Part shown: positions 55,173 through 63,083 of the stretch, piece by piece
Layout: every line of letters starts with the position of its first letter
How positions within the stretch are numbered: the stretch's first letter is position 1
DNA from: a virus
DNA length: 64,000 nucleotides
IMG/VR virus record: IMGVR_UViG_3300045921_000267
Span: 5,100 to 69,099 of that record
Strand: one strand, 5' to 3'
Program-made: the position numbers and the translations under genes
The notes under the pieces: generated by a model
What the model was told of the DNA's origin: nothing
Database searches by the model: none
The model's input: only the letters and a program-made list of their open reading frames with translations

Positions 55173-56986
55173 CGGTCGAGCCTCACGTTCTGCGGCATGA
55201 AGCGCGTTGCTGCGGGGTCCGGGCGGCGCCGCTGCGACACCGGACGGATGAGCGAGCGGTAGTAGCGGTGCACGAACGTGAACTGTCGCGGGAAGTCACG
55301 CATGAGCGTCATGCGATCGTAGAGATACATCCTCGTTACCTCCGCCGCGCACTCGATGGGGAGCTTGCTCGCGTACTCCGTGACGAAGCCCTCCTCTTTC
55401 GCGATCGCGAAGAGCTTCTCGTGCCATGCCTTCACCTTCTCGATGCTGCCAAGACGGTGCATCAGAAACACGTTCGGCACGTGCCCCATCTCGTGTTCGA
55501 GCACCGCGCGCAGCTTGTCGAGTGGTAGGTTCTGCATGATGCGGATCTCGTTGCCGGTCCAGTACGCGAGATCGTGATCGTCGAGGTGCGAGTTCTGCGT
55601 TGGATGATCGGTCGTGATCAGCGTGATGCCCGTGCGCTTCGTGAAGAGCGTCTTCGGCGTGCGCGCGATCACGTCGTCGATGATCGCAAGTCGTTCAGGG
55701 TCGCCGACGCGAACGACGACGCCATGCTCGGGCACCGAGTCGCCATAGGAGAGCGCCTTGCGCAGATCGTGTTCGAGCATCCACGCCTTGCGCGTGCGCT
55801 TCGGCACGAGATTGCCCGTCGTGTCGAAGCCCCATCCTTCCGGCACGTGGACGAGCGCGCATTCACACCACGGATGCGTCGGTCCGACGACGGCGCGCCA
55901 GTCACGAGCTTTGCGACCGACGTTCGTGCCATTCGCTTGCAAGTCCGCGAGCCGGAACACGCGAGGGCGTGAGCCCTGCCCTGCGGTGAGATGCAGACGC
56001 ACGCAGTGATCGCACGCCGCAGGCGTGGGCACCTTCGCAACGAGGATGTCGCGTGGGTTGCCCTCGCGCTTCATGAGTCCTTGCACTTGTCCTTCCTGCA
56101 TGGCGCGCATCTTCTCAGTTGCGGCGATGCGTCCGAAGTCACGCGACCAGTCCTTCGTCTTGTGCCCGAGGTCACTCTTCATCTTGCGCCACGTTTCACG
56201 GCGCTCGATGTTCTCATCGAGCGTCTCTCGGATCGCACGCTGCATGCGCTGCTGGAGAGCGCGGTCAGCCTCGATGGCAGTCGTCTCGAAGTCCTGCGCG
56301 ACACGGTTGCCGAGACCGCGCACGTGCGTCGCCGCGCTGCGGCGCGCCCACTCGCGGGCGAACTCCTCGTCACTCGTCATCGGAAGCGGTCGTGTGGCGA
56401 GTCTGTTCTTGATCCCCTTCAGCGTCATCGCCGGGATCTTCACGACACCATGCGCGACTTGCGCGTTCACCTCAGCGAGCAGTTGCCCGTACGCGTACGC
56501 GTCGTCGATGATCCCGAGCGCGCTCTTCGGAAGGATGCCCATCGCTACGATGCGCTTCACCTCCTCGGGCGCAACGCTCGACGCGCCAAAGAAGCCGATC
56601 GCGATCGCGGTGTGATGATCAAGGATGATCTGCACAAGCTCGCGTAGTTGCGCCGTCGTGAAGAGCGGACGCGGTCCTCGCGCCTTCATGAAGTCGGCGT
56701 GCTTCGCGATGTAGCGATCGATCGCACTGAGCATGCGATCGATCTGCGCGTCGTACTCTCGCATCGCAAGATCGTACATCTCCGCGAGCGGCTTGTGCGC
56801 CTGGAACGGATTCTCGTTCGCGCGTGGCTCCGCCTTCACGAGCCATCGCCCACCGACGACGGCTTGCGCGATCAGGAAGGGGTCAGCGTGTGCAGGTGCT
56901 TCAATGCGCACGCACGCATGGTGCTCATGATGCGCATGCCCACACCCAGGCCCAGTTCCGGGCTCGTGCTCGTCGCTCGTGCTCAC
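55169..56986 (-). CDS. MuF-like (gpF/SPP1 gp7) head protein with C-terminal zincin domain
   Basis: DWSRDFGRIAATE, ACDHC, GPTHPWCEC; then VLEHEMGH..VTEYA..ECAAE. Confidence 0.85.
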   Translation of the reverse strand: MSTSDEHEPGTGPGCGHAHHEHHACVRIEAPAHADPFLIAQAVVGGRWLVKAEPRANENPFQAHKPLAEMYDLAMREYDAQIDRMLSAIDRYIAKHADFMKARGPRPLFTTAQLRELVQIILDHHTAIAIGFFGASSVAPEEVKRIVAMGILPKSALGIIDDAYAYGQLLAEVNAQVAHGVVKIPAMTLKGIKNRLATRPLPMTSDEEFAREWARRSAATHVRGLGNRVAQDFETTAIEADRALQQRMQRAIRETLDENIERRETWRKMKSDLGHKTKDWSRDFGRIAATEKMRAMQEGQVQGLMKREGNPRDILVAKVPTPAACDHCVRLHLTAGQGSRPRVFRLADLQANGTNVGRKARDWRAVVGPTHPWCECALVHVPEGWGFDTTGNLVPKRTRKAWMLEHDLRKALSYGDSVPEHGVVVRVGDPERLAIIDDVIARTPKTLFTKRTGITLITTDHPTQNSHLDDHDLAYWTGNEIRIMQNLPLDKLRAVLEHEMGHVPNVFLMHRLGSIEKVKAWHEKLFAIAKEEGFVTEYASKLPIECAAEVTRMYLYDRMTLMRDFPRQFTFVHRYYRSLIRPVSQRRRPDPAATRFMPQNVRLDR

Positions 56987-56989
56987 CGA

Positions 56990-57403
56990 TCACGTCGTGA
57001 GATCGCCGACGATGCAGACCTTCAATCGCCGCACGTCGGTCGCACTCGGGTTGGAGACGAAGAGCGAGGTCATGACCTCGGTCATGAGCGCAAACGCCTT
57101 CAGGTTGGGTGCCTGCGTGTTCAACGGCGGCGCCATGCGCGAGAGCATGCGGGACTGCTGACCGATGCCGTTCACGCGGTAAGTGATCTCGCCATCGGCC
57201 TCGATGTAAGCGAGGCGCGCTTGCGTCACATCGCCGAACGAGACCGGCACGTCGGAGGCGTTTGGATCAAGCGCGATCGTCTGCGTCACGACATGCTCGC
57301 ACGTGTCGAGCAGCTCCGTCAGCGAGCGCTCGAACGCCGTGTCATCGAGGCGGTTGTCGAACCCGATCGCGACTTGGAAATCCACCTTTGTCCGCAAGCT
57401 CAT
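56990..57403 (-). CDS. hypothetical virion-associated protein
   Basis: ATGA-coupled to portal; beta-rich. Confidence 0.65.
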   Translation of the reverse strand: MSLRTKVDFQVAIGFDNRLDDTAFERSLTELLDTCEHVVTQTIALDPNASDVPVSFGDVTQARLAYIEADGEITYRVNGIGQQSRMLSRMAPPLNTQAPNLKAFALMTEVMTSLFVSNPSATDVRRLKVCIVGDLTT

Positions 57404-59130
57404 CGCGAATCTCCCTCTTCGAGATCCATCTCGATCACGAGCCTACCACGCTCCGTCTTGCGCCTCACGCTCTTCAGCAAGCGATCGACGCCACGCATGC
57501 TCCGTTCGAGTTCAGCCTCTTCGGGAAGCTCGTCCACTTCACCCGCCTGAAGCTCTTCTTCATCGGGCGGAGGCTCCGGTGCTCCGTCGTCGTCCTCTTC
57601 GCCACCGGGCGACGGAGCGCCTCCCGCAGCAGCTTGTGACTGCTGCTCTTGCATCATCTTCTCTTGCTGCTTCGCTTGCGCGAACTGGAGCCACGTCGGG
57701 TTGTTGATGCACTGCCCAAGGCCATCAGGCAACGGCGGCAGGTCGTCGTCTGCGCGCACCTCGTCAACCATGCGGTACGCGCCGACTTCCTTGATGCGTG
57801 CCTCACGCTCCTTCTCTTCATCGCCAGCGTCGAGCCCGACGAACGAGAACTCGAACTCAGGCTCGATATCCCACACGATGTGCCGATTCATGTTGTCGGC
57901 GATGTGGTCCATGAGCGGGCGCAGTCCCTTGTCCTTCGACTCAGTGAGCTTCGCTTCCTGCTTGCCCTCGTTGAGCGAGTGCGACTGCCCCGTGTTGCCG
58001 AACTGGAAGTTGATCTCGACGGGATCGGCTCCGTAGACCGCGCACGTAAGCTTCGTGAGCCAGTCCATCCACGCGCTGAACTCCATCTCGCGGTTCGTCG
58101 AGTGCAGCGACTGCCACTGAATGTCTTCCGAGTTCAGGATGGGCGTGCGCCATGCGTTCGTGACACCAGTGACCTGCGAGTACCACATACGTCGAAACGC
58201 ACGGAGTTGGCGATCTGGAATGGCGCCCTTGATGTTCAAGATGCCTTTGATCGCCGAGCCTTGTGAGAAGAAGCGCTGGTTGTACTCGAAGCCGAAGAGC
58301 CACGCGGTCACAAGGTGCATCAACTGCTCGACGGGCGAATAGCCGAAGCCGTTCACGCGGAGATCGCTGCGTGGGTTCATGATGCACCACGCGAGATCAT
58401 CCGACGAGAACTCAGCGATCACCGAGTCTTCGTAGACCTGCACGTAGGCGACGCGCGAGTGTTTCTCCTCGGGGTCAAGATGCTCTGCATCCGACACCGC
58501 AGGTCGGATCGTCTCGCTCGGAAGCGCGATGAAGCGCGAGACCTTCCCGCGCCGATCGCGAATCTTTTCGAAGCACCACTGGTCGTAAGTGAGGATGTCA
58601 CGCACGCCCTTCTTCACGAAGAGCGTGAACGAGTCTCGGTCGGCGGGCTTTTCGTCAGGCAGCAAGATGCCCGTCGTTTCGATCATCCGCTCGATCTCAC
58701 TCGCCCGCTTCTGCTCGGCGGGTGTCATGCTCTTCCACCGATCGCGGCGATCACGCTTGATGATGCGGTAGCCGCGATCGTACTTGCCCTGCTGCGGACG
58801 CGAGAACTGCGCAACCTGGTTGCAACGCAGCGTGATCAACGCAGCGATCACCGTGTTGCGCGCAGTCATCTGGCGGAGCGTCTCGTAGGTCAGCGACGAC
58901 GGACGCTCCCGCCAGCCTCCCCAGTCGATGATGCTGTAGGGGTCGTGGAAGAGAGCACGCGGCTTCTCGTCAGTAGCCTCGGGCAGTCCTCCGTCATCCG
59001 CAGCGAGCCCAGCGTCACGAAGGGCTTTCGCCATGTCGGCGTTGGAGACGTCGCCTCCGTCGCCGATCATGTCACCGATCCGCCGGAACGCACCGCCGAG
59101 CCCGGCGCGGATGTCGTCGAAGATGCCCAT
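57400..59130 (-). CDS. portal protein
   Basis: RDILTYD..FEKIRDR, NPRSD..GFGYSPVE, YNQRFFSQG..KGIL, GVTNAWRTP, EMEF..DPVEINF, SKDKGLRPL. Confidence 0.95.
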   Translation of the reverse strand: MGIFDDIRAGLGGAFRRIGDMIGDGGDVSNADMAKALRDAGLAADDGGLPEATDEKPRALFHDPYSIIDWGGWRERPSSLTYETLRQMTARNTVIAALITLRCNQVAQFSRPQQGKYDRGYRIIKRDRRDRWKSMTPAEQKRASEIERMIETTGILLPDEKPADRDSFTLFVKKGVRDILTYDQWCFEKIRDRRGKVSRFIALPSETIRPAVSDAEHLDPEEKHSRVAYVQVYEDSVIAEFSSDDLAWCIMNPRSDLRVNGFGYSPVEQLMHLVTAWLFGFEYNQRFFSQGSAIKGILNIKGAIPDRQLRAFRRMWYSQVTGVTNAWRTPILNSEDIQWQSLHSTNREMEFSAWMDWLTKLTCAVYGADPVEINFQFGNTGQSHSLNEGKQEAKLTESKDKGLRPLMDHIADNMNRHIVWDIEPEFEFSFVGLDAGDEEKEREARIKEVGAYRMVDEVRADDDLPPLPDGLGQCINNPTWLQFAQAKQQEKMMQEQQSQAAAGGAPSPGGEEDDDGAPEPPPDEEELQAGEVDELPEEAELERSMRGVDRLLKSVRRKTERGRLVIEMDLEEGDSR

Positions 59131-59155
59131 GCCAGAGCCTACCGCAGCCTGCGCT

Positions 59156-60151
59156 TCAGCGCTTCGGATTGATGCCGAGGTCGAGCCCGTAGACGTCCTG
59201 CATGAGCGCGAAGCGAGCGTGGTGCACGTTCGCCAACATCTGCACGGGGTTCACACCGTCGTCTTCGAGCTTCACGTTCTCGCTTCCGGCAAGCACGCTC
59301 ATGGTGCGCTCGACCGACTTGCGCATCTCCTCTTCGCTCGGGAACGCGCCACTGTCGGCCGAGAGCGACTTGCCGATGCCCGCCGCCGTCTGCTGCTCGG
59401 AGAACATGTAACCCTCCAAGAAGTCGCCGTTGACCTCGGAGCCGTTGAATGCAGGCTTCACGAGACCCATCGCGCGCAGACGTGACGCAACGAAGTCCTT
59501 CGTCGCGTTCAGCTTCACGCACGCACGCAAGATGTTCTCGTTCTTGCCGCAGTAGATCACGAGTTCGTTCATGACCCACTGCGCCCACCAGTCAGCCTCG
59601 TCACCGCCGATGCCGCCGTTCGCACCGTCGGGCTGCGAGATGCCCATGATCGCCGCGTTCTCGTCGTGGCATCGCTCGCGCTTCTCGTGCTCGTACGCTT
59701 CTTCGATGAACGCGTCGAGGTACGCGGCGAGGTAGTCGTCGGGGATCTTGCTCATCCCCTTGTAGCCAGGCTCGAACGCGTACAGGCCCTTCGCCATCAG
59801 GTCTTCCTGCGCGATCACCATCTTGATCTGCTCACGCAGTTCGGGGGTGCTTTCCATCATGTCGATCATCTCCTCATGCTGCGCGTGGTGCGCCATGCTT
59901 TTCTGCGTGTGTCCGCGGGCTTTCTTCTTCCCCCGCATGCGCTCACGCGCGGCCTCGCGCCCGCTCACGTGGGCGGCCTCGCCGTGATCACGGTCGTACT
60001 CCTCCTTCGAGTAGTAGTACCGCCACGGCTTCTTCGGATTCCACGTAGGAACGCGACGGTAGTACTTCCCGCCGCGGGCGATGCCCTTTGCGAAGTCATC
60101 GATCGTGTCGAGGGCAAGAGTCGGAATGTCGTCGAAGTCCATGCGCACCAT
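59156..60151 (-). CDS. hypothetical head-associated protein
   Basis: FAKG site, then GGKYYRRVP..WRYYY motif; several further K-S/K-G sites. Confidence 0.7.
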   Translation of the reverse strand: MVRMDFDDIPTLALDTIDDFAKGIARGGKYYRRVPTWNPKKPWRYYYSKEEYDRDHGEAAHVSGREAARERMRGKKKARGHTQKSMAHHAQHEEMIDMMESTPELREQIKMVIAQEDLMAKGLYAFEPGYKGMSKIPDDYLAAYLDAFIEEAYEHEKRERCHDENAAIMGISQPDGANGGIGGDEADWWAQWVMNELVIYCGKNENILRACVKLNATKDFVASRLRAMGLVKPAFNGSEVNGDFLEGYMFSEQQTAAGIGKSLSADSGAFPSEEEMRKSVERTMSVLAGSENVKLEDDGVNPVQMLANVHHARFALMQDVYGLDLGINPKR

Positions 60152-60166
60152 CCTACCACGTGATCG

Positions 60167-60586
60167 TCACTTGCCCTTGGGCACGACGAGCTTCGGCATC
60201 GGGCCGACCTTCACCGGCTGCGGCGGCTTGTACGAAGCGATGACGCCGCGACGCTTGCTCGATGCCAACGAGCGCCGCGGCGGGTTCTGCGGGAAGTCGT
60301 CGGTCTCATACCGGAGGATGGGCGTGCCCTCGGGGTCGGCCGTGCCGTGGAAGCCATACTTGCCTCGGTTCGCGATGCCCATCGCGCGACGTTGCGTCTC
60401 GCGTGCAGCGGCCTCGTCCTGGCGTCGCGGATCGTCGTCGGGCTGATAGTAGATGCTCGCGTAGTCCGGCATCGCGTCGTACGGTGCCGGTGTTGCCCCG
60501 GTGTTCGAGACAAGCGTGCCCTTGCTCTTGCCGTAGATGCGGCGAAGCCCTCGCTCGATCTCAGCATGTTCGCGAAGCTTCTTCAT
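60167..60586 (-). CDS. hypothetical protein
   Basis: Tightly packed and co-oriented; ends PKLVVPKGK. Confidence 0.6.
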   Translation of the reverse strand: MKKLREHAEIERGLRRIYGKSKGTLVSNTGATPAPYDAMPDYASIYYQPDDDPRRQDEAAARETQRRAMGIANRGKYGFHGTADPEGTPILRYETDDFPQNPPRRSLASSKRRGVIASYKPPQPVKVGPMPKLVVPKGK

Positions 60587-60589
60587 CTC

Positions 60590-62485
60590 TCACACGCCGT
60601 AGAGGTCGAGAAAGGTCATCGGAGCGCGCGCGACGTGGCGCATCGGCGCGACGTAGTGCACGGGCACGCTCTTGCGCAGCGTCGCGTCGAGCTTCGGCGC
60701 AAGCTTCAGCACCTCGCGCCACTCGGCGCTCTTCACGAGGTGCATGCTCTTCTCGACGGCGATCTTGCTCTTCTTCTGGCGCACGCCTTCGAGCGCTTTC
60801 CCTGCCTTCTCGCCGAGCGTGGAGAGCTTCGCCATCGCAGCCATGAACGCCTGAAAGATCGGGTTCGCACGGATGCGCTCGTTGCGAAGCAGCACTTGCT
60901 GGGCAGCAACTTCCTTCATGGCGAGCTGGTGCGCGTCTTCGAGCTGCACGATGTCATGCTTCGTTGCCGCGATCTCCGCATCGATCTGCGCGACCATGCG
61001 CCGCGCGAGCGGGTGCCCGCTACGCTTCACTTCGAGGCGCTTCGCCCGCAACGACGAGAGATGATCGTACGCCTGCGAGAGGTCGGCCATGATGTTGACC
61101 ACTTTCCCGATCTTCTCGCGCATGCCCCTCACGCTCTCGCTCTCGGGCACGAACCGCTCGCGCGGCTCGGCAGCGCGGGACTGCTGCTCGTCCTTCCCCA
61201 TCGCGCGCTCATGCTGCGACTCGACGGCGCTCGACGCTTCGTCGTCTCCAGCATCGGCGCCAGGGTAGTCTTTCTTCGGCTTGTACACCTTGCCCTGCAT
61301 CTGCGCGAGCAAGCGGTTGTGCTTGTCCGCGTGATAGTTCATCGCGTAAGTATGCGCCTTCGCCTTCTCAGCGTCGCCCATGCGCATCGCTTTCGACTTT
61401 TCCGTGCGATGCCTGCGGAACTCCGCAGCGTGGTGCTCATGATCGTCCTCCTTCCCAGCCGGGGTGTACGCCCACACCTGCGGATGGAACACGCGCTTCT
61501 CGCCGTGCGCGTCCTTCTGCACGTGCGGCTTCACCTGCGCAAAAGCGCCCTGCGGGCCGCCTGCGGCCTTTGGGGGCTCGCCTGGTACCTGAGGCGGAGG
61601 CGGACCGCCCGCGAGCTTCTGAGAGGCTCCATGGGGCGCGAGCGGGCCTTCCTGACCCTGCCCGGCGCCCTTGCCAGGCTTTCGCGGAACCGCCGTGGCG
61701 TCCGCCGCGCGCTTCGCCCGTGCGCCTCCCGCGTCGTCGGGGTGCGCCGTGCTCGTGATGCCTGCGCCCGGATACCAGTAGATCCAACCGTCGGCGCCGC
61801 GCTTGCGAAAGCCACCCTTGCGTGAATGCGGGATGGGCGAGAAGCCTGCGGGCGGCGTGCTCGCACCCTTCAACGCGCCTTCACCGGCTCCATCGGTCGG
61901 TGTCACGTTCAGGCTCTCAGGCATCGTCTTAGACTTTGCCTTCCGAAGCGGGTCACGGATGATGAAGCGCACTCCGCTCTTCGCGGTGATCAAGGTGTCG
62001 CTTCGCATCTGCGGTCGTTGCGGTGCACGCACGGTCGGCTCCTTCGCGTAGTCAGTCGGCTGCGTGTTGCGCCAGAACGCACGAGCCCTTTTCGCGATCT
62101 CCATCCGAGCATCGCTAGGCACGCCGTGGATGCGACGAAGCGACTCGGTGAGCGCGTTCACGGCGAGAAACACGCGCTGCGTCTGCCCCTTCGTCTGATA
62201 GGCAACGCCTTGCTCTTCGATCATCTTGAGCACGCGCGCTTCGGTCACGCGATCGAGCCCGAGCCCTGCGGTGATCGCATCAAGACTCTCGACACGACGC
62301 GGCAAAGGCGCGGTGTATTCATCGGCCTCGCGCGTGCGAAAGACACGGTTCGCTTCCGCTTGCTCCGCTGCGAGTTCGCCGCGTCCTGCCTGCGCACGTG
62401 CCGCGAGATTCTTCGCTTGACCGGGGATGGCCCACGGCGCGCTGTAGCCGGGCAATTGGGCGCTCGGATTCGGACGCTCGGGCAT
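60590..62485 (-). CDS. hypothetical head-associated protein
   Basis: Start MPERPN after AGGTGA; GFSPIP..GGFRKR..WIYWYP motif; coiled coil; clustered K-S sites at C-terminus. Confidence 0.7.
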   Translation of the reverse strand: MPERPNPSAQLPGYSAPWAIPGQAKNLAARAQAGRGELAAEQAEANRVFRTREADEYTAPLPRRVESLDAITAGLGLDRVTEARVLKMIEEQGVAYQTKGQTQRVFLAVNALTESLRRIHGVPSDARMEIAKRARAFWRNTQPTDYAKEPTVRAPQRPQMRSDTLITAKSGVRFIIRDPLRKAKSKTMPESLNVTPTDGAGEGALKGASTPPAGFSPIPHSRKGGFRKRGADGWIYWYPGAGITSTAHPDDAGGARAKRAADATAVPRKPGKGAGQGQEGPLAPHGASQKLAGGPPPPQVPGEPPKAAGGPQGAFAQVKPHVQKDAHGEKRVFHPQVWAYTPAGKEDDHEHHAAEFRRHRTEKSKAMRMGDAEKAKAHTYAMNYHADKHNRLLAQMQGKVYKPKKDYPGADAGDDEASSAVESQHERAMGKDEQQSRAAEPRERFVPESESVRGMREKIGKVVNIMADLSQAYDHLSSLRAKRLEVKRSGHPLARRMVAQIDAEIAATKHDIVQLEDAHQLAMKEVAAQQVLLRNERIRANPIFQAFMAAMAKLSTLGEKAGKALEGVRQKKSKIAVEKSMHLVKSAEWREVLKLAPKLDATLRKSVPVHYVAPMRHVARAPMTFLDLYGV

Positions 62486-62510
62486 TCGCTCACCTATCGC
62501 GCGTCTTCGC

Positions 62511-62591
62511 TGCGCGCTGCACTCGACCTCGGCGCTCGCACCTTCACGGTCGAGCGCAGCGCGCAGCGGCGGAGCATCACTGCTCCGCCGC
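62511..62591 (-). promoter_or_regulatory. tandem stable RNA hairpins (processing or stability element)
   Basis: GCGGCGGAGCA(GUGA)UGCUCCGCCGC abutting an 18-bp stem UGCGCGCUGCGCUCGACC/GGUCGAGUGCAGCGCGCA; no U-tract. Confidence 0.55.
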
Positions 62592-62598
62592 ACTCAGA

Positions 62599-63027
62599 TC
62601 ACTGGAAGCCGTTGTAGTTGCGGAAGCCGATGGCGAGCCACCGGATCGGCTGCGCGTTCTCGTTCAGGTCCGCATCGGTCCCGATCGAGAACTTCTTCTG
62701 TCCGTTTCCGCCGAGCGTGATGAGCCCAGCGGTATCGACCGTGACGGTGCCCGCCGCGACGGTCTTGATGCAGTCGTCGTCGGGGAGTCCGGGGTGCTTG
62801 ATCGCTTGGACCGGCGCGCCGGTTCCGGCGGTCTTGCATGCCCACACGAAACCGGGATCGAAGGGCAGCGCGACGTCGAACGCGGCGCCCGTGCCGGTGA
62901 CGGTGCCCGCTGCGACCTCGGCGTTGTTCGCAAGGATGCTGCGGACGAGTTCGAGTTTCGTCGCGTACGGCACATCGTTCTTGCCGGGCGGGACGTTCAG
63001 GACGAAATCGGAGTTGAGAGAGCGCAT
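62599..63027 (-). CDS. hypothetical virion-associated protein
   Basis: AAGGA RBS; GTVTGTG..LPFDP..IRWLAIG beta-sandwich-like pattern. Confidence 0.65.
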   Translation of the reverse strand: MRSLNSDFVLNVPPGKNDVPYATKLELVRSILANNAEVAAGTVTGTGAAFDVALPFDPGFVWACKTAGTGAPVQAIKHPGLPDDDCIKTVAAGTVTVDTAGLITLGGNGQKKFSIGTDADLNENAQPIRWLAIGFRNYNGFQ

Positions 63028-63083
63028 CTTGGTCCGTTCCTTTCGTTGCGCAGGTGGACCCTCACCTGCGTAGTGCGCCCATC

